From Acidobacteriota bacterium (GTDB lineage: Bacteria > Acidobacteriota > UBA890 > WLXD01), in NCBI GenBank assembly GCA_965205505.1, contig CBDBHB010000009.1, positions 2,784,001 through 2,848,000 of the forward strand: a stretch of 64,000 nucleotides of DNA. Reading direction: 5' to 3'. Numbering within the stretch: the first letter of the stretch is position 1; each line of letters opens with the position of its first letter. Both the position numbers and the translations under genes were made by a program. Under the pieces are notes generated by a model that ran no database searches, was not told where the DNA came from, and saw only the letters and a list, made by a program, of their open reading frames with translations. Below, piece by piece: positions 50,285 through 59,667 of the stretch.

Positions 50285-51763
50285 CTAAAGTTTCAAATTC
50301 TCTTCGAGCTCGCGATTGGAGACATGGAGCCGGTAGCCGTCGTACTCGTCGATTTTGGTTTGGACCAGCTTGTCGACGACCTTGGTGCCCAGGGCTTCTC
50401 GTAGTAAGTCGGACCCGCGCGCACACTCGACTGCGTCGAACAGATCGTGTGGCAGTGCCTCGATGCCTTTCTCGACGCGATCCATGGCGGACAGGTCGTA
50501 AAGATCCTCGGGGCTCGGGGCGCGTAGCGGCAGCTCGCGCTCCAGACCATCGAGCCCTGCCGCCAGCATGGAGGCAAACGCCAAGTAGGGGTTACACGCT
50601 GCATCGGGGAATCGCAGCTCTATGCGGGTCGCCACCTCCTTGCCGGGCTTGTAGTGGGGGATGCGCACCAGAGCCGATCGGTTGCGCTCGGCCCAGGTGA
50701 TGTACACCGGGGCCTCGTAGCCCGGAACGAGCCGCTTGTACGAGTTGTACCACTGGTTGGTAAGCAGGCAGATCTCCTTTGCGTGAGCTAACACTCCGGC
50801 AAGGAAGTGCTTTGAAGTGGCCGACAGATGGTGCTCATCGTCGGCCGAATAGAAAGCGTTGTTCTCGCCGCTGAAGATCGACAGGTGGGTGTGCATGCCG
50901 CTGCCGTTTTCGCCCGCAAGAGGCTTGGGCATGAAGGTGGCGTGTACGCCGTTGCGCCGTGCGACCTCCTTGACCAACCACTTGTGAGTCTGCAGCTTGT
51001 CGGCCATCAGCAGCGCCTCGTCATACTTCAGAGCGATCTCGTGCTGCGACGGCGCTACCTCGTGATGCGTGTACTCGACCTGGATACCCATGGCTTCGAG
51101 CGCGAACACCGTTGCCTCGCGCAGGTCGTCGCCAGCATCGGTCGGCACCATGTCGAAGTACCCGGCCTGATCGAGCCCATCGGTCGAATGCCCGTCGCGA
51201 AAGTAGAAGTACTCCGCTTCGGGTCCGATGTTCATGTGGGAGAAGTTGTGGGCGGCGAGGCGGTCGAGCTGGCGCTTGAGGATGTTGCGTGGATCGCCTG
51301 AGTAGGGGCTACCGTCAGTGTTGCGGACCTCGGCAACCATGCGGATACAGCGCGAAGGGCCAATCTGGAAAGGAATGAACTGGGCCGTTTCCGCGATGGG
51401 CACCGCGACCATGTCGCTCTCTTGAATGCGCTGATACCCATGGATCGACGAACCGTCGAATCCCATGCCCTCTTCGAACGCGCCTTCGAGCTCGTGTTGG
51501 GTGATCTCGAAGGTCTTGAGGAACCCGAGGATATCGGTGAACCACAGACGGATCGATGTGATCTGATGCTCTCGAACAAACGCCAGCACCTCGTCGGCGT
51601 TCGACAGGCTCAGCCCGCGCGGCACGCCTGCGACGAGGTCCAAATGCTTCGACGTATAGCGCACCATCTCGTCGGAGAATTGCTGAACCTGCTGAATGAA
51701 CTGGTGCCCGATGAACCCCATACAACGCTCTCCATGCAGTCGAATCCCAGATGTGTGCGGCAA
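50285..51763 (-). CDS. glnA: glutamine synthetase type I (start uncertain)
   Basis: FDGSSI, HHEVAPSQHEI, TFMPKP..NGSGMH, NSYKRLVPGYEAP, RIELR. Confidence 0.95.
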   Translation of the reverse strand: MPHTSGIRLHGERCMGFIGHQFIQQVQQFSDEMVRYTSKHLDLVAGVPRGLSLSNADEVLAFVREHQITSIRLWFTDILGFLKTFEITQHELEGAFEEGMGFDGSSIHGYQRIQESDMVAVPIAETAQFIPFQIGPSRCIRMVAEVRNTDGSPYSGDPRNILKRQLDRLAAHNFSHMNIGPEAEYFYFRDGHSTDGLDQAGYFDMVPTDAGDDLREATVFALEAMGIQVEYTHHEVAPSQHEIALKYDEALLMADKLQTHKWLVKEVARRNGVHATFMPKPLAGENGSGMHTHLSIFSGENNAFYSADDEHHLSATSKHFLAGVLAHAKEICLLTNQWYNSYKRLVPGYEAPVYITWAERNRSALVRIPHYKPGKEVATRIELRFPDAACNPYLAFASMLAAGLDGLERELPLRAPSPEDLYDLSAMDRVEKGIEALPHDLFDAVECARGSDLLREALGTKVVDKLVQTKIDEYDGYRLHVSNRELEENLKL

Positions 51764-52033
51764 CAGATCGGGCTAGCGCTGGTGCAAGGAAGAACCCCCG
51801 AGCCCCTATACTCGCCCCCGATCCACATGGTCGCCGCACGCCTTTGGGGAGCCCCTGAAGGTGCCAGCCTAACCACGCCCCTGGCGGCCGTCAACCAACA
51901 TGAGCGCTGCCGATACGTTTCGCGTGTCAGGCGAGAGACTGCCGATCGAGAACGGCGCAGAATGCATGCCCGCCGCGCCCGAATCTGCTAGCGTTCCGAC
52001 TCGGGTCAACCCTGCTGAGCGGAGCCGGACGCC

Positions 52034-52594
52034 TTGGGTGAAACAATCCCGAAGACCTTCATTGATGCACGTACCCTGATGTTGGAATCGGTGCGTCTGG
52101 CACGTGAGATCTGGGACGACGGCTTCCACCCTGACTTTCTCATAGGGATCTGGCGCGGCGGCACTCCGCCGGGAATTCTCATTCACGAGTACTTCCGGCT
52201 GCGCGGCCTGGATCCGTATCACACCACCATCAAGACGCAGTCCTACGAGGGAATGCAGCGTGGTGATTCGGGCGTGGAGATCAAGGGGCTCGAGCACATC
52301 ATCGACGTGGTGGAGGCGGACAACCGCGTGTTGCTCATCGACGACGTGTTCGATACTGGCCATACGATGGCGGCGATCCTCGAACAGATCCGTCGACGAG
52401 CGCGTCGCAACGCCCCGGAGTTGCGCGTCGCAACGGTTTACTACAAGCCTTTGCGCAACGAGACCGGAATCCGGCCGGACTACTGGCAAGTCGAGACCGA
52501 CGAGTGGATCGTATTCCCGCATGAGCTCGAGGGTCTGTCCGACGAGGAGCTGCGTAACAAGGGCGAAGCGATCTACCAGGTGGTGACTGGCTGA
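52034..52594 (+). CDS. purine phosphoribosyltransferase
   Basis: GIWRGG, LLIDDVFDTGHT, WIVFPHE. Confidence 0.9.
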   Translation: MGETIPKTFIDARTLMLESVRLAREIWDDGFHPDFLIGIWRGGTPPGILIHEYFRLRGLDPYHTTIKTQSYEGMQRGDSGVEIKGLEHIIDVVEADNRVLLIDDVFDTGHTMAAILEQIRRRARRNAPELRVATVYYKPLRNETGIRPDYWQVETDEWIVFPHELEGLSDEELRNKGEAIYQVVTG

Positions 52595-52603
52595 ATTAGT
52601 GAG

Positions 52604-53458
52604 CTACTGAACGGTGACTGTGAAGATGCGGCTCACCGTGCCGTCGAAAGAGATCCGAAACACGGCGCCGGCCTGCGGATCGGTAACCACGTATCCATCG
52701 TCGTCGCGCACGATTCCTTGCGGGTTTATCAACGGGTCTCCCTCGGCTAGCACACTGATAGCGCCGTCCGGCGACACACGGAAAAGGGCAGCAGCGTAAC
52801 CGTCGGTCACCACAAAGCTGCCGTCCGGGTCGCGTACCAGATCGTGCGGGAAGTCGAACGGCTCGCCAGCCGCGATCGTAGAAACCCGCCCCGCCCGCGT
52901 GACGCGGAACAGCGCGCGCGCCCCATGCGACACGATCGCAAAGGCATCGTCGCCATCGACGACGATGCCTTTGGGGCTGTCGACGTCAGCGAGAAGAGTC
53001 ACCTGACCGTCGAGGGTGACGCGGTGCACTGCTCCGATGCCACTGCGCAGATCCGACACGAGCACCGATTGATCATCGAACCTGGCCAGACCTTGCGGAA
53101 TGTCGAGCTCCGTCGTGATCGTCGACAGCTCACCATCCGCACTCACACGGTACAGCCCGAACGTGCCCGGATCGGCAACGATCCAGCCGTCGCCGTCCGG
53201 TGAAGGAACGACCGAGCGCGTGCCGTACAACGGCGAGCGCGGCATTCCCGACCCCTGGTAGATCGGTCTGGTCTCGCCGGCCTGCGTCAGTCGCAACAGG
53301 CCGTGTGCCTTGAAGTCGGCGACTACCCATCCGTCGTCGTCGGGCACCAGGTCCACCGGATAGACGAGCGTCGGCGGCGGCTCGTGCGCCCAAGCCAGCA
53401 GGCAGGAGAGGGCCAGCGCCGTCAAAGCCGTGAAACGCACGTTCCGGGTGAGCCGCAT
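52604..53458 (-). CDS. exported NHL/SMP-30-like beta-propeller
   Basis: Repeated P.G/D-hydrophobic-D blades. Confidence 0.8.
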   Translation of the reverse strand: MRLTRNVRFTALTALALSCLLAWAHEPPPTLVYPVDLVPDDDGWVVADFKAHGLLRLTQAGETRPIYQGSGMPRSPLYGTRSVVPSPDGDGWIVADPGTFGLYRVSADGELSTITTELDIPQGLARFDDQSVLVSDLRSGIGAVHRVTLDGQVTLLADVDSPKGIVVDGDDAFAIVSHGARALFRVTRAGRVSTIAAGEPFDFPHDLVRDPDGSFVVTDGYAAALFRVSPDGAISVLAEGDPLINPQGIVRDDDGYVVTDPQAGAVFRISFDGTVSRIFTVTVQ

Positions 53459-53478
53459 CGAACCTCCGTTGGTGCAGT

Positions 53479-54615
53479 CTAGCAGGCGTTTTCAGCACAG
53501 GACTGCAGTGCGAGCTCGATCTCCTCGCTAACCCACGCGTCGGTTTCCGCGGCGCGTGCTGCGGTCAGCGAATCGAGCGCCGTCTGGCCACCAAGGCGGC
53601 CGAGGGCCCAGGCGCAATGGCCTCGAATCAGCGGTTCGTCATCGCGCAGACGCTCGGCGAGCACGGGAGCCGAGTCCGGGTCGCCGGAGTTGCCGAGCGC
53701 CACCGCTACGTTACGGAGGAATCCTGCGTACTTGGCCCGCCGTACCGGGCTGTGGCGGGAGCGACGTCGGAAGTCCTCCCGGTCGAGACGCATGAGCTCG
53801 CGTAGGCTGGGCGCCTCGTTTTCCGGGCGCGGCGCGAACGCCGGATCTTCCGTCATTCGTGCAAAGCGGTTCCACGGACACACATCCTGGCAGTCGTCGC
53901 AGCCGAAGATCCGATTGCCGATCGGCTCGCGCAACGAGCGCGGGATCGGTCCGCGGTGCTCGATGGTCAAGTACGAGATGCACCGACGTGCATCGAGCAC
54001 GTAGGGAGCGACGATAGCCTGCGTCGGGCACACGTCGATGCACGCCCGACAGGTGCCACAGCGGTCACGCTCGGGGGTGCCGTAGTCGAGGTCGACATTC
54101 AGGATGGTCGCCGCCAGGAAGAACCAGGAGCCGGTGCGGGCCCCGAGCAGGTTCGTGTGCTTGCCGATCCACCCGAGCCCGGCCAACTCGGCCCAGGCTT
54201 TCTCCATGACCGGGCCGGTATCGACGTAGTAGCGTCCTACGGCCTCTGGACAGAGCCGCTGGATGCGCCCGTATAGGCGCTGTACGGCGGCGCCGAGCAC
54301 TTCGTGGTACTCGTCGCCCCACGCATAGCGCGACAGCCGGCCAAGTCGAGGGTCCTCGGTGGCCGCGTGGCTGGTTCCATAGTCGCGTGTCAACACCAAC
54401 ACTGAGCGAGCCCCGGGAACGACGACACCGGGCTCACAGCGACGATCGACATTCCGCTCCAACCACGCCATCTCGCCGTGGAGCCCTTGACGCAGCCATT
54501 CCCGGAGGCGCGGCGCGGCCTCGAGTGCCGCCACCGGCGCGGCCGCGCAGCGGTCGAATCCTTCGTCGCTGGCGGCCTCGCGAATGGCATCGGTCAGGCG
54601 CGCGCGGGCTTCCAT
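53479..54615 (-). CDS. queG: epoxyqueuosine reductase with HEAT tail
   Basis: SRYAWGDEYH, VDTGPVME, CGTCRACIDVCPT, GCDDCQDVCPWN. Confidence 0.95.
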   Translation of the reverse strand: MEARARLTDAIREAASDEGFDRCAAAPVAALEAAPRLREWLRQGLHGEMAWLERNVDRRCEPGVVVPGARSVLVLTRDYGTSHAATEDPRLGRLSRYAWGDEYHEVLGAAVQRLYGRIQRLCPEAVGRYYVDTGPVMEKAWAELAGLGWIGKHTNLLGARTGSWFFLAATILNVDLDYGTPERDRCGTCRACIDVCPTQAIVAPYVLDARRCISYLTIEHRGPIPRSLREPIGNRIFGCDDCQDVCPWNRFARMTEDPAFAPRPENEAPSLRELMRLDREDFRRRSRHSPVRRAKYAGFLRNVAVALGNSGDPDSAPVLAERLRDDEPLIRGHCAWALGRLGGQTALDSLTAARAAETDAWVSEEIELALQSCAENAC

Positions 54616-54649
54616 GGAGAGCGAGTCTAACCTGCTACACTGCGCCCCG

Positions 54650-55864
54650 ATGAGCGCCGACACCGACCGCGCCGCGATGCGTCCCTTCGCGAGCCTCGCC
54701 AGCTACTCCGATGCTCGAGCCGTCGCGACGGAGCTGGCGATCCCCATCGACCGCACCGAGAAGATCTCGCTCGTGAGCGCCGCCGGCCGCGTGTTGGCGA
54801 GCCCGGCGGTCGCCGCCGTCGACGTGCCCACTGCCGACCGGGCGGCGATGGACGGCTTCGCTCTACGCGCTGCCGACGGTGCGACGGAGGGCGACGTTCT
54901 CAGGTGCTGCGGACGGATTGCCGCCGGACAGCCCGCCGAAATCGAGGTCCAGCCGGGTACGTGTATCGAGATCGCTACGGGCGCGCCCATGCCACCCGGT
55001 GCCGATGCGGTTGTGCCAGTCGAGCACACGACGCGCGACGGAGACAAGATGAGGATCGGCGTCGTCGTCGAGACGGGTCAACATGTCTCGCGCCGCGGCG
55101 AGGATCTGCTCGCCGGCCGTGCGATCGGGAACGCAGGACAGGTTATCCATGCCGCCTTTCTGGCGGCTTGTGTTGCAGGGGGCCTGCAAGAAGTCGAGGT
55201 GTGGGCCCGGCCGCGCGTGCTGGTGACGCCGACGGGTGATGAGGTCGTGCCCCTCGGTACCGAGTTGAAGCCGGGCCAGGTGTACGATTCCAACGCCGCC
55301 GGGTTGCAAGCGCTGCTTACCCGCGCCGGGGCGGAGGTAGATCGTGCCGACATCGTCGTCGATCACCCGGACGCCCTCGCCGAGGTACTACAGCGGCCTG
55401 GCTTCGACCTCGTGGTGACGGTCGGAGGCACCTCGGTCGGCCGGCGCGATCTCATCGCGGATGTGGTCGGGGACCTCGGCCAGGTCCTGGTCCACGGCGT
55501 TGCGGTGCGGCCCGGCAAGCCTCTGCTGGTTGGTTCGGCAGGCGGGCGCCCCGTTGTTGGTCTGCCAGGGTTTCCTACGACGTGCATGATGCAGGCGCAT
55601 GCGCTCGTCGATCCGATGGTGCGGCGCATCGGTCACCAGCCAGAGGGGCCGAATACTCGCGCCTGTGATCTCGGCGAAGAGGTGCGGTCGCCCGCCCGCA
55701 TGACACAGCTGCTGCCCGTGATCGTAGAGGGGCGCGTCGCAACCCCTTCGTTCAGGTTTTCTAGCGCGGTCAGCAGCATGGCGCAGGCGAGCGGCTGGAT
55801 CGAGATCGACCCCGATATCACAAGCGTTGCCGCGGGCGCAGAAGTCCAGGTGTTGTTGTTCTGA
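54650..55864 (+). CDS. moeA: molybdopterin molybdotransferase
   Basis: AAMDGFA, IATGAPMP, TGDE, YDSN, RPGKP, GLPGFP. Confidence 0.93.
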   Translation: MSADTDRAAMRPFASLASYSDARAVATELAIPIDRTEKISLVSAAGRVLASPAVAAVDVPTADRAAMDGFALRAADGATEGDVLRCCGRIAAGQPAEIEVQPGTCIEIATGAPMPPGADAVVPVEHTTRDGDKMRIGVVVETGQHVSRRGEDLLAGRAIGNAGQVIHAAFLAACVAGGLQEVEVWARPRVLVTPTGDEVVPLGTELKPGQVYDSNAAGLQALLTRAGAEVDRADIVVDHPDALAEVLQRPGFDLVVTVGGTSVGRRDLIADVVGDLGQVLVHGVAVRPGKPLLVGSAGGRPVVGLPGFPTTCMMQAHALVDPMVRRIGHQPEGPNTRACDLGEEVRSPARMTQLLPVIVEGRVATPSFRFSSAVSSMAQASGWIEIDPDITSVAAGAEVQVLLF

Positions 55865-55882
55865 CCACAGCCCGCACGCCTG

Positions 55883-57160
55883 CTAGGCCAGATCTTCTGG
55901 GTCGACTGGATCGGCGTATACGCCTTCGATTCGTACGAGATCGATCCGGTTGCGGCTTGCCCGGCGGATGTTGAAGGTCAGATCTCCGTGCGTGAGACGC
56001 TCGCCGGGCTGCGGGATGCCACCGCTCCACTCCATCAGCAAACCGGCCAGCGTGGTGCTATCGCGAGCGTTCAGGTCGAGGCTGTAGCGTACGTTCAGAA
56101 GGCTTATCGGGCAGGTGCCTTCGACCAGCAGCGTGCCGTCGTCAAGCTCTACCAGCTGAGGCTCTTGCGGCTCATCGTGCTCATCTTCAATGTCGCCGAC
56201 GATCTCCTCGAGCAGATCCTCCAAGGAGACGATGCCCTCCACTCCACCGTACTCGTCGATGACCAACGCCATGTGCTGGCGATGGTGGCGGAACAGTCGC
56301 AGCAGTCTCTCGAGCGTCGCCGTTTCCGGAACGTAGACTGGCTTACGCATGATCGCGGCGATGTCGAGATCGGCGATGTTCGCCCAATACTGGAAGACGT
56401 CTTTCGAGTGCAGGATACCGACGGTGTCGTCGAGGTTGTCGCGATACACCGGCAATCGAGTTGCGCCGGAGTCCCGCAGTGCGTGCAGAACTTCCTCCGA
56501 GGTTGCGTCGATGGCGACAGACTTCACCTGGGTGCGAGGGATCATCACGTCTTCGATTGTTGTCTCGGTGAGACGGAAGATGCTCGACAGCATGCGACGC
56601 TTCTCGCGTGCGATAACGCGCTCCTCTTCTCCGACTTCGAGCATGCCCCGGATCTCCTCCTCGGAAACCCGCGGCGCGCCCGTCGCAGTGCCCACGATGG
56701 GACGGATCAACAGGCCCGCGATGCCGGCGGCGCAGCTCGCGAAGGGACGCAGGAGCCAAACCGTGAGCTGAATCGGGCGCGCCACGAGCAACGCCAGTCG
56801 TTCGGGGTTGCGGGCGGCGATCGTCTTCGGCGCGATCTCGGAGAAGATGAGGATCGCCGCGGTCATCGCTACGGTTGCCAGCCAGAGCGCGTTCTCACCA
56901 GCAGCGCGGATGGCGATGGCGGCCGCTAACGATGACGCCGCAATATTCACGAAGTTGTTGCCCAGCAGGATGGCCGACAGCAGGCTCTCGGGGGCTTCGA
57001 TCAGGCGTCGCACGATCTGTGCGTTGCGTACCCCGCGCCGCTCGAGATAGCGCAGGCGATAGCGGCTGACGGCCATCAAGGCCGTCTCGGCGCTGGAGAA
57101 GAACCCCGACAAGGCCAGCAGCAGGATCAGGCCGCCGAGCGGGGCGACCAAGTCGGACAT
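55883..57160 (-). CDS. CNNM/HlyC/CorC family CBS-domain transporter
   Basis: FFSSAETAL, ILLGNNFVNI, EIAPKT, VIDEYGG..EDLLEEIVG. Confidence 0.93.
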   Translation of the reverse strand: MSDLVAPLGGLILLLALSGFFSSAETALMAVSRYRLRYLERRGVRNAQIVRRLIEAPESLLSAILLGNNFVNIAASSLAAAIAIRAAGENALWLATVAMTAAILIFSEIAPKTIAARNPERLALLVARPIQLTVWLLRPFASCAAGIAGLLIRPIVGTATGAPRVSEEEIRGMLEVGEEERVIAREKRRMLSSIFRLTETTIEDVMIPRTQVKSVAIDATSEEVLHALRDSGATRLPVYRDNLDDTVGILHSKDVFQYWANIADLDIAAIMRKPVYVPETATLERLLRLFRHHRQHMALVIDEYGGVEGIVSLEDLLEEIVGDIEDEHDEPQEPQLVELDDGTLLVEGTCPISLLNVRYSLDLNARDSTTLAGLLMEWSGGIPQPGERLTHGDLTFNIRRASRNRIDLVRIEGVYADPVDPEDLA

Positions 57161-57309
57161 TCCGATCTCCGAATAGAGGGTGAGCGTGGTCGAGCATACC
57201 ATCCGCGGCGGCGTCTTCAGCGCTCTCTGGCCGCCGAGGCAGCGTGCTACAGTAGCCGCCCGATCGCCTTCTCGGTACGCGCGCCGCACCCGTCTCGCGC
57301 CGCGGCCGC

Positions 57310-58221
57310 TTGTCGCGCGTGCGGCGAAGCGCCGCGTATCAGGAGCCTCAACCCTTGGGTGACACGATCCGTCCGGGCGATCAGGTGCTCGCTGCTCTCG
57401 AGGACGGCAAGACGTTCCTGATCCGTCTGCGGGCGGGCCAGAGGCACTCGACCCACAAGGGTGTGATGGACCACGACGACGTCATCGGACGGTTCTGGGG
57501 GGACGTGCTCATCACGAATACCGGGGCGCGCATCTTCCTGCTGCGACCCCGATGGATCGATCGTATGATGAAGGTGCACCGCCGCACGAACATCATGTAC
57601 CCGAAGGACGCAAGCTTCCTGATCGCGGCGCTCGGTCTGCGAGCCGGGGCGAAGGTCGTCGAGATCGGCTCCGGGTCGGGTGCTATGACGATTGCTCTGA
57701 GTTGCGCGGTGTTGCCGGGCGGAACGGTCTACTCGTATGACCGGCGCCCGGAGTTCCTCGAGCTGGCGCGCCACAACACGGCGGCGGCCGGAATCGAGGA
57801 AGGCTTGGAGTTTCGCTTGCGCGAAGTCGGCGACCCGCTCGAACCTGGAGTCGACGCCGTATTCACCGACGTCCCTGAGCCCTGGGCTGAGCTCGATCCC
57901 ATCGCCGAGGCGTTGCGCGGCAGCGGCAGATTCGCCGCCGGTACACCGACGTTCAACCAAGCGGAGCGGTTGGCAGGCGCTTTGCCCGGCTTCGGGTTCG
58001 CCGTGGTCGAGACGGTCGAGATCCTGGTGCGCGAGATCCTCGCCCGTCCCGGCAAGACACGACCGGGCCATCGGATGGTGGGCCACACGCAACTGCTGAC
58101 CACCGCCGTGAAGGTTACGGCGCCCAGCGAGGGTGAATCGGTGTCGTCGGTCGAGGACGTCGACGGCCCGGTGGCAGATCGGAACCCGCCAGAGGACGGG
58201 CCCGGGAGATCGGCCGAGTGA
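57310..58221 (+). CDS. trmI: tRNA (adenine-58-N1)-methyltransferase
   Basis: IMYPKD, EIGSGSG, DVPEPW, RPGHRMVGHT. Confidence 0.9.
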   Translation: MSRVRRSAAYQEPQPLGDTIRPGDQVLAALEDGKTFLIRLRAGQRHSTHKGVMDHDDVIGRFWGDVLITNTGARIFLLRPRWIDRMMKVHRRTNIMYPKDASFLIAALGLRAGAKVVEIGSGSGAMTIALSCAVLPGGTVYSYDRRPEFLELARHNTAAAGIEEGLEFRLREVGDPLEPGVDAVFTDVPEPWAELDPIAEALRGSGRFAAGTPTFNQAERLAGALPGFGFAVVETVEILVREILARPGKTRPGHRMVGHTQLLTTAVKVTAPSEGESVSSVEDVDGPVADRNPPEDGPGRSAE

Positions 58222-58874
58222 CGGGGCAGCGAGAAACTGAAGTGCGGGCTGCGGAGATCCTCGATCGACTCGAGCATTGTTATCCAGAGGCGCGGGTCGA
58301 GCTTGATTTCGACGGGCCGCTGCAACTGCTCATCGCCACGATCCTGTCGGCACAGTCGACTGACAAGCGGATCAATCAGGTAACGCCGGAGCTGTTCCGC
58401 AAGTACCCCGACGCCACGGCGTTCGCCGAAGCGGCCCGTGACGAGCTCGAGGAGGAGCTGCGTAGCACGGGCTTCTTCCGCCAGAAAGCCAAGAGCGTGC
58501 AAGGCTGCTGCGCCATGCTGGTTGAGCTCCACGGCGGCGAGGTCCCGCGCGAGATGAACGAGTTGACCGCGTTGCCTGGGGTAGGGCGCAAGACTGCAAA
58601 CGTTGTCCGCGCCGGAGCCTTCGGGCTGCCGGGCATAGCGGTCGACACCCACTGTCGGCGCGTCAGCCAGCGCCTCGGACTAACCGCCGACACGGATCCG
58701 GTGAAGATTGAGCGCCGCCTCGGCGACCTGTATCCGGAGGGCCGCTGGGCGGACATCTCGCGTCTCTATATCTGGCATGGCCGCTACACGTGTAGGGCGC
58801 GCACGCCGGCGTGCGAGGACTGTGCACTGGCAGACCTGTGTCCTTGGCTGCGGGATCAGGCCGACTCCGCATAG
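58218..58874 (+). CDS. nth: endonuclease III
   Basis: LSAQSTD, LPGVGRKTA, VDTH, C-x6-C-x2-C-x5-C. Confidence 0.96.
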   Translation: MTGQRETEVRAAEILDRLEHCYPEARVELDFDGPLQLLIATILSAQSTDKRINQVTPELFRKYPDATAFAEAARDELEEELRSTGFFRQKAKSVQGCCAMLVELHGGEVPREMNELTALPGVGRKTANVVRAGAFGLPGIAVDTHCRRVSQRLGLTADTDPVKIERRLGDLYPEGRWADISRLYIWHGRYTCRARTPACEDCALADLCPWLRDQADSA

Positions 58875-58900
58875 CTCTGAAGACGACGGGCCGTCTTAGA

Positions 58901-58944
58901 TACCAGAAGTATTTCTTGTATACCAAAAATATATTTGGTATACT
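58901..58944 (+). promoter_or_regulatory. sigma70 promoter overlapped by two tandem 20-bp palindromic boxes
   Basis: TTGTAT(58916)-N17-TATACT(58939). Boxes TACCAGAAGTATTTCTTGTA (58901-58920) and TACCAAAAATATATTTGGTA (58921-58940). Confidence 0.8.
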
Positions 58945-59013
58945 TCGACCTCGATTTCCAGTCACGAAGAAACGCCAGCCGGCAGTCCGGTGCGCATCAC
59001 GAGGCCTGATCAG

Positions 59014-59667
59014 ATGACCACCCTGACCCGACGCCAGAGAGCGATCTACGACTTTATTGTCGGACAGGTCAGTCTCAACGGCATCCCGCCAACCCTCATG
59101 GAGATCGCCGCCGCCTTCGGTCTCAGCTCTGCCGCGGGGGTCTCGGATCACCTCAAGGCAATCGAGCGCAAGGGCTTCATTCGCCGCCGTCCCGGCGCCT
59201 CACGTGGTATCGAGTTGGCGCGTATGGCACGCCCGAGGGCTGGACGCCGCTCGATTGGTGTGCCGGTGGTCGCCGCAGTGCCCTCGGCGCGCGGCCTATC
59301 GAAGGCGCGAGCGCGTGAGGTGTATGTCGATGGCAGGCTGGTAGGGCCTAACGTGATCGCTGTGCAGGTGAGCTCAGCCTCGCTGGGCGCCCGCGGGATC
59401 CTGCAGGGTGACCTCCTGGTAGTCGATTGCGATGCCGAGGCGCGCCGCGGAGATCTGTTGCTCGGACTGCAGTCACGCAGAGTTCTGTTGATGGAGATGG
59501 CAGGGGGCGACCGTACGGCGGTGCCGTTGGCGGGGCGATTCGACGCCAACGCCGAAGTAGAGGTGGTGGGGCGCGTGGCATCGGTGATTCGTGATCTGAA
59601 CCAGCACCCATTCTCATTGACACTCGAAGGACGACATACGCCCGGATGGGGAGGGATAGCAAGATGA
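59014..59667 (+). CDS. LexA-like repressor with degenerate S24 peptidase domain
   Basis: [25 protein letters not shown] winged helix. C-domain [18 protein letters not shown] lacks the AG site and catalytic Lys. Confidence 0.88.
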   Translation: MTTLTRRQRAIYDFIVGQVSLNGIPPTLMEIAAAFGLSSAAGVSDHLKAIERKGFIRRRPGASRGIELARMARPRAGRRSIGVPVVAAVPSARGLSKARAREVYVDGRLVGPNVIAVQVSSASLGARGILQGDLLVVDCDAEARRGDLLLGLQSRRVLLMEMAGGDRTAVPLAGRFDANAEVEVVGRVASVIRDLNQHPFSLTLEGRHTPGWGGIAR

